Assembly (NCBI RefSeq): GCF_006345805.1
Contig: NC_042999.1
Span: forward strand, 99,572,001-99,636,000
DNA from: Octopus sinensis
Lineage: Eukaryota
Direction: 5' to 3'
DNA: 64,000 nt
Shown: piece by piece, positions 55,496-64,000 of the stretch
Layout of the letters: every line of letters starts with the position of its first letter
How positions within the stretch are numbered: the stretch's first letter is position 1
Position numbers and translations under genes: made by a program
Notes under the pieces: generated by a model
What the model was told of the DNA's origin: nothing
The model's input: the letters and a program-made list of their open reading frames with translations, nothing else
Databases searched by the model: none

Positions 55496-56569
55496 TTCAC
55501 TTAATCTTACACCGTTAATTTTTATCAGTCAGTTTTCAAATAAACTGACCGAGGCATAGGAATTTTGGGAAGAAACAACCTCGTAGTTCGCAATCCTATC
55601 GAAATAATTAAGACATCTTAGGAAATCTCTTATAAAACTTTTCTGTGTATTGTTATATATCTTAATACTCCAATTTGATATTAGCATATGCAATTAGTTT
55701 CGAGCTGTACAGTGCGTAGTTGATTTATGCATTTTAGACAAATCTAAAACAACTTTTATAGATAACAAAACGATTGACCAAGGTTTCGTACATTACAATA
55801 TTTCTTTAGGAAAAGCCGATTCAAAGAAATAGGCATCTTACATAAACGGTAGTAACTAAAGAAAACAAGAAAAAAAAACAGCAGAAAATATGACAACTGG
55901 TGTTACTTGCCTTTAACAAAATAATATTTTCCACGACTGAGTAACGAACACTTCTCATATTTACAGTAAGTTATTTAACCAATATAACCTTATATCCGAA
56001 GAAAAAGTACCAGCAATATTGGGAGTGCAAACATCAGCGGGAGATATTTTGATATTAACAAAACACCCAAAATACGTTGTACAATTTCACATATATATAG
56101 ACTTGTTCTCACAACACTTTTCAAAATATTAGCGTCTTTTAAATTAAGAAGTCGCTTCCATGAAATATGTGTAGAAGGAAAAGAAAAACCTAACAATTTT
56201 TAGCAGCCCCCAAAGTAAAGAGAAAGTAATTTTAAGAAATTATGCATGTATCGCAAGGAAAATCTAATATTCTGGCATTTGGTGAAAAATGACAAGATCG
56301 CAGCTATGCACGTTTTTCTACAGAGGAACAATGATTTCCTAAAATTACATGATGGGTAACTAAATGTTTATGAATATTTGAGATTAATATAATGTGTCAT
56401 AATTACTAAACATGAACTTAGAGAAATAACCTGAGGAGGTCAATGACATGAATTTCAATAAATCATGTAATATTGTACTGGCAAAAGAATCTTCTAGGAG
56501 AATGTTTACATCTCCTTCAGAGTTGAAAGTCTGCTCATTCAATGAATTTTAAAGAGATCAAAACAGATT

Positions 56570-57320
56570 TATTTTGAAGACGCAAGGTCGGACGAATACA
56601 GCAGATGCGGCAAAATCTCCTAGCCATGCTCCAATAAATTCTACCACGTCTGCAAAGGAATGTAGAGACTGGTGTTTGTTGCGTTAAAAGAGAATGCCCT
56701 TACGTTTAGCAAGTACTGGACAGCTCTGGTGGACCGTTGCTCTTAAGTTGTGTAGCTGTTCATACTACACACTCGAATTGATGGTCCTGTCTGTGGGAAG
56801 AAGTTCGTAAAATGCAACACACTTCCAATCCTACTAGATTGAAAGCATGATCTTCTTCGGGTTAAGCTATGTTTCGAAATCGTTTGTGGAGGTTCGCCGC
56901 GCTTCCCTTGTGATCCTTTACGCTTTAAATTGCTATAGACTATCCATTTCTCGTTCTCTGTCACCTATTTCTTCAAAGCAGTAACTTTTCCTCACATTCC
57001 AGTGGGGAATCATTGATAGAAATGTCGGGCGAGATTAGCCTCATTCAATTGATGCAGCATCCAAAAATCTTTACTGTAGACGTAACCAAGTTGATGCAGA
57101 TTGTTTTCTACATTCGATTTAGATATAGAATATCTGCGATTATCCTGGTCGAATAACGAGGGTTGGTTTCACTGTTAATCTCTGTTGGCCGATCAGAGCG
57201 AGATGCATCCTTAAACGAAAACTTCTCCAATCGAAATCTTGAGCATCCACTCCAAACGCGACGCATATCGTCCTGCAGATTTCGGTCACTTTTTTACACT
57301 TTTTAAGATAAAAAGCATAT
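56570..57320 (-). pseudogene. Mariner transposase pseudogene
   Basis: Remnants DASRSDRPTEI, VTENEKWIVYSN (VTGDEKW motif), ANRKGILF and LPHLLYSSDLASS (YSPDLAP motif), with multiple frameshifts. Confidence 0.88.
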
Positions 57321-57599
57321 GGTGTCGATAATGTTCGTTTTAATTCTCTATTTTCAGGGTGATACTAAGGAGACAGAAAGCAGACCGGTGATTATGCAAA
57401 CTTACCTTGAAATTAGTGCAGCACGTGGTGACATAAAGAAACCTAGATTGAGCCATAGATACCGTGAACTGAACGCAATATTCTTGGTGAGACATTTATT
57501 AACTAATGGGCAAGATGCTAGGTATTTGAAGCTACATAGTTTCGTCGCGTGCTCTATAGGGGTTTAAAAGGGCATATCTGTTTCGGATTCTATTTTAGT

Positions 57600-58121
57600 A
57601 TTATACAGTTTTACTGTTATGAGGGGCTGCGAAGTTTGTGATCAATAATACGGGACCCCGTAGCAGGTTGAAGAAATGTAATTGTAGGGACCCATCAGAA
57701 TGTCCGATGGGGAAATTGTCGCCAGGAAAATGTAGTTTATAAATGTAGTGTTGAGGCTCAAGGAGGCAAGAGAAAAATATATACTGGTAGCACAGTAGAC
57801 TTTAAGCAGAGGTATCGATCCCACCTGAGCTCTTTCAACAATCCTAAATATAGGACCTCTACAACATTGGCATTACATGTTAATGACCTTAAGGAAAGGA
57901 ATGTTGAATTTAAAATATCATGGGCTATCCTTGCGCATGCCTCCCCTTATAGAATTGGGTCCACTAGATGCGGTTTATGCATAAGGGAGGCATATACTAT
58001 ATTGAAAAATTACAACAATGCAGTGTTAAATAAGTTCACTGATGCAATACCGGCGTGTACGCATAAGATCCACTCGACGTTCCATAGGAAATTTAGAAAT
58101 AGAAATAGCAATAAAAGTTAG
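57600..58121 (+). pseudogene. PLE C-terminal GIY-YIG-type endonuclease fragment, probably Hydra-clade
   Basis: Reads KCNCRDPSECPMG, then after a frameshift ~57712 NCRQENVVYKCSV...KIYTGSTVDFKQRYRSHLSSF...FKISWAIL...RCGLCIREAYTIL...LNK...CTH. The CxCx5C, KxxWxIL and CxxC motifs differ from the Neptune-like copies. Clade assignment is from memory of the literature. Confidence 0.72.
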
Positions 58122-58501
58122 AGCTAAGCAATAACAATTGAGTTAAGTTTAGTAAGTATAGTGGGTGGTAAACGAGATAAAACTAAAGTAATGTAATTAT
58201 AAAAAAAAATAGTTGTTAGTCGAGGACTCGAACCTGAATATGTGGCTTTGCATGTATGGGAGAATTTATAAAATTGAAATAAAATAAAATAAAATAAATT
58301 AAGTGCTGAAGTGAAATGGTCCAGATGGCGCTGTGTGCATACAATTTACTATGGCGGCTTGATCGAATTGTATACGTATAAAGTTCCATTCAGGATCGAC
58401 GAAAACATTTCTGGGAGTACGTAAATGCCGTGTTCTGAGAATGGTCGGTATGTGATTGTGTATTTGTGTATTTGTTCATGTTTTATATGTGTTGTATAGG
58501 A

Positions 58502-58594
58502 CATCCTGATGAGGGGAGTGCCAATTTTAAGTACTATTTTAAGTACTGATATGTCTAATATTAATTGGCACATCCTCGAAACGGCCCGTAGATG
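58502..58594 (+). ncRNA. Type I hammerhead ribozyme with 14-bp stem II, downstream of the Hydra-type endonuclease
   Basis: CATC-CTGATGA-GGGGAGTGCCAATT...AATTGGCACATCCTC-GAA-ACGGCCCGT-A-GATG. Stem I is CATC/GATG and the cleavage triplet is GUA. Confidence 0.85.
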
Positions 58595-59048
58595 GACTTC
58601 CGTATATCTTATATTTTTGTAAGCTTGTATATGTATTATATTCTATGTACTATTCGTCGGAATTTTAATCGTCTTTTGATATGCCATATTTTTATTTTAT
58701 TATCATTATATTTATTTCTCTTATTCTAATAGTTTTAAGCGTGTTATATGCAAAATTTATATTTATATTTATATTTTTATTTGGATACTTATATATTACT
58801 GAATTTTTTTTTTTTTAAATGTCGGACTGTTTAGATATAAATTAATATATAAGATTTGTATGTATTTGGTCTATCTTTGAATTTTGTGATGTTCCTGTGG
58901 TTGTTGCTCGCATTGCCTCCCCTTGGATAAAAAAGTCTATACAGCTCATTGTAGCACTTCTATTCCAGTCCGTTGTATATCTTGTCACTCAAGATATAAC
59001 TTTATATTTTGTTATATATATATATATATATATATTATATTATATATA

Positions 59049-59094
<46 letters not shown>

Positions 59095-59118
59095 GAGAGA
59101 GAGAGAGAGAGAGAGATG

Positions 59119-59189
<71 letters not shown>

Positions 59190-59699
59190 GGATAGATAGA
59201 TATATCTTTAGATGTATTTATGTGCGTATATCTATATTTACGCACGAACACAAATACACATATATGCATGCATGTATAGCTCTTCTATTTTTTAATTATT
59301 ATAATTCTTCCTCTGAAGAGGGAGCCGGTTTCCAACAAAAATACAACGCTCTATTTTGGGATGTAGCTAACACAGACAAATTCACATTTGGAACTTGAGA
59401 AAAGTCTTGCATATTTTTTTCCTGTTCCACTGACAGATTGCGCTTGTACGAATTAGCCGGTCAATTTCTCTTCCTGAAAATCTCAGTTTATCCAAATTCT
59501 CCTTGAAACTTTACTAACAAAACCTAGTGCTCCAATTATTATTGGTATGAATATGAATTCATAGTCTGGATATAGAAGCTAGAGGTTTCAAAGCAGTTGT
59601 CCATACATATGGTTTTTTTCTTTAATTTCCAAAGAGATATTCCAAACACACATACACACTCACATACACTCACACACTTAAACACACACACACACATAT

Positions 59700-59850
59700 A
59701 TAAGACGGGCTTCTTTCAGCTTGCGTCTACCAAATCCACTCACAAGACTTTGGTCAACCCGAGGCTATAGTTGAAGACACTTGTTCAATGTGCCACGCAG
59801 TGGGACTGAACCCGGAACCATGTGGTTGGTAAGCAAGCTAATTTACTATA
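59700..59850 (-). mobile_element. SINE family B, 5' half
   Basis: gacgggcttctttcag...gcagtgggactgaacccggaaccatgtggttggtaagcaagct. Confidence 0.8.
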
Positions 59851-61449
59851 CAGGCAGTATGTATGTACGTATGTATAGAAATTAATTTACTAATTTAAAC
59901 CACCTGTAATGGTATAAACATTATCGCTCGCACATATATGGTGTATGTGTTTAGTTTATGCGCCAATATATATATATATATATGACTCATATATACAGAT
60001 ACATATACGTATGTGTATAAGTGTGTATACATGAAATAAATATTAAGACACTCATATGTTCCCTGTAACACATTCCGGCCTCGAAGTTTGTAATCACAAA
60101 CCGCTTCATGGTACATTTATTCCTACACGAAGAGTTTGAATAAATGCCACATTAATATTGTCATCGACATACAATAAGAAGTAGGGACACAGAAAAAGTG
60201 AACAGTATGCTCAAAGCAATCTGTTGAATACGCCATTTTGGAATAGAACAAACTGAATCCATATGGTTTTGAAGTGAAAGTTTTAGCTTGCTTCGTTCCA
60301 TTTGACTATTACAATCTCCGATAATATTGCTACATACAACTCAATTACCTATCTATTGTATGCAATTTAATTACTATATATAGAAGTTTTGAAAATAATC
60401 AACTGTAAATTTACAATTTATATTACTGTAGCAACGAATTGAATTTACAATATATATAAATACTTCCTAATCAACAGACCGTTCACGTTAAATAGTTTGC
60501 ATTTTAAAGATTGAAAATAAGGTAATTACAGGCTACCACATAAGTAAAAACAAACCGATCTATTATTATTTTTCAACACAGCAGTTTGAATTTGAGTTTT
60601 GTTCACTTTGAAGTTTATAGATTTCTTAAACAATCCATTTTTGTTTGTTTTATATTTCTGATTTTATGATCAGGCATATGCCCGTCTCATCTGATGTATT
60701 CTTAGCATTAAAGGAGCTGGTTGTCATTGATGTTGGTTGAAAGGCTTTTGTTGTTTATGTGTCACAGTAGACTTTGCGAAAGAAATAACTGAGGAATTCT
60801 TAGATTAAATATATTTCGCTTCAGACTTGTCTGTTTATTTCAAAATTCTTTTAGGCAATTATCACAAGACTAATTATCTGAGTATTGTTGTCCTCTTCGC
60901 TGCTCACGCAGTTTTGTCTGACATCGTTGTCTGACGCCGGCAGTTTTCATTAGGTTAGTTATGGCAAATTAGACACGATGTGATATAGATGGTGTCAAGA
61001 ATTTTCATAAATTTGGACCAACAAGAGAAAGAAACAGAGAGAGGGGGGAGAGGGAAATGGATAGAGAGACAATAGAATATTGGTCGTTTGTATGAGGCTA
61101 TATGATTACACCATTGAGAAAATATGCCCAAAATAGTGATATATTTATTCGGGAATTTATGGTGTTAATAGACGGGAAATGTGTGAATTGCAGGTATAAA
61201 TGGTATATAAATATACATATTTATTAAATCAATGTTGAGCGTCTACTCTGAGTTTCACTCTTAGCTGAACTGTTCGAGATAGTGGAAACCTAAAACTATC
61301 ATTATCCTTATAGAGTTCTCACCTAATTCATCCTGACGCACCTAACTTGAAGTCTCTATAAGCTCCAGCGTCTCTCCACCGTCATGAAAAGTCAAGCTGA
61401 GAAAGAATAGCAGACAGCAACACTGTCAACTTTGATATAATTATGTGTA

Positions 61450-61590
<141 letters not shown>

Positions 61591-61632
61591 TGTGTCTGTG
61601 TGTGCGTGTGTGTGTGTGTGTGTGTGTACTAT

Positions 61633-62170
<538 letters not shown>

Positions 62171-62942
62171 ATATCTATTCACTCTACTTGGCATATTATG
62201 TTCTGTTCCAGATAATTCTTGCCGTATGTAAAATATATTTTTATGACATGCATTCATACATACACACATGCAAACGTACGTACATAAGTACATACATACA
62301 TACATATATATACATACATGCATGCATACATACATGCATACATACATATACCACGCATAATTATAAATACATAACGTACATATGTACGTATATATCTGCA
62401 TATGTTTATATCGTAAATTTTATACTTTACTCTTCGTATCCTATTGTTCTGCACATGCATACATTTTGATACATGATTCACAGTCACAGCTCTTAATTTT
62501 AGCGCACCTTTTAACTATCACGTGTACATCTTATCCGATTATCTTAAGTTTTGAATATGACAAGATAAATCCCCTTTCCCATGTAACTTAAGCAATTCAT
62601 CCAACTGCATTTGAAAAACAACTTTCGACCATTCAAAATGCTTCATTTTGGTGCCTCGCTACTTGAACAACTTGCTGGAGCCCACTCTTCCTAAACAGCA
62701 AGAAATAAAAGGGTTCTATGAGGTTTGCATTCTCAAATTGGTACATAAATTCATTCGTTTATATGGTTACATATAGGCATTTCGGTGAGCATACAACAAT
62801 GTGAAGTTACTTTATGCTGCCGCACCTATATAACACGTCTCGTGAAATTAACAGTACTTATGTCATTGTTTATCTTGCATATATTATAAACTGCGGCTAA
62901 TCTATATTTCAAAATGATTAATTTTTATGCTCTGTATATTCT

Positions 62943-63092
62943 TTTCTACTCTAGGCACAAGGCCCGAAATTTAGGGGGAGAGGCCCAATCGATTTGATCG
63001 ACCTCAGTACGCAGCTGGCACTTAAATTATCGACCCCCGAAAGGATGAAAGGCAAAGCCGACCTCGGTGGAATTTGAACTCAGAACGTAAAT
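62943..63092 (+). mobile_element. SINE family A copy, 3'-interrupted by the pLTR-like segment
   Basis: tcgacccccgaaaggatgaaaggcaaagccgacctcggtggaatttgaactcagaacg, shared with 10575-10740 and 7680-7830. Confidence 0.8.
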
Positions 63093-63182
63093 GCAGTTCT
63101 ATATTTAAGAGATGAGGAACTATGTACATTATTTATATTATTCATATTTTACGGTTATTTGTCCCCATCTTGTGTGTTGTTA

Positions 63183-63226
63183 ATACAACGTTTCGGCTGA
63201 TATACTCTGCAGCTTTCATCAGATGT
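63183..63226 (-). ncRNA. Minimal hammerhead ribozyme in a solo pLTR-like segment (63094-63290)
   Basis: Minus strand reads ACAT-CTGATGA-AAGCTG...CAGCC-GAA-ACGT-T-GTAT. Stem III is the palindrome ACGT, the cleavage triplet is GUU, and stem I is imperfect. Confidence 0.65.
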
Positions 63227-63289
63227 CTTGGGGAAATTTCGAACCTGGGTTCTCATTCCTAAGGTATTTCACTGTTGTTGTTCTTATTG

Positions 63290-64000
<711 letters not shown>

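Noticed and set aside
59300-59345. CTGAAGAG...GGTTTCC, and related GAAACCGGCTC-like sequence at ~30200, as hammerheads
   Set aside because: The half-cores are in the wrong orientation or order, and there is no NUH site with stem I.

Overview
AT-rich, microsatellite-dense eukaryotic DNA, most likely from an octopus-like cephalopod (judged from recalled SINE motifs, not from a search). No host protein-coding gene can be supported; most ORF-track entries are microsatellite translations. The window is a graveyard of mobile elements. It holds three Neptune-like Penelope-like elements (PLEs; RT, with a GIY-YIG endonuclease in two of them), one PLE 3' end with a different, probably Hydra-type endonuclease, a near full-length R4/Dong-like RT+REL LINE in a (TAA)/(GAA) array, and fragments of R4-like, Tx1/L1-, RTE- and CR1/L2-like LINEs. 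It also holds a mariner transposase pseudogene, two Tc1/mariner-type MITEs and many SINEs. The most interesting layer is RNA-level. At least five distinct type I hammerhead ribozyme (HHR) designs, plus several decayed relics, sit in PLE terminal repeats (pLTRs) or pLTR-like segments. One HHR, present in both arms of a young inverted-pLTR element, has the core UUGAAAA instead of CUGANGA, a compensatory U3-A8 swap. Each HHR has a different palindromic stem III, and a 1 kb cluster of three fold-back hairpins includes two centred on HHR sequence.
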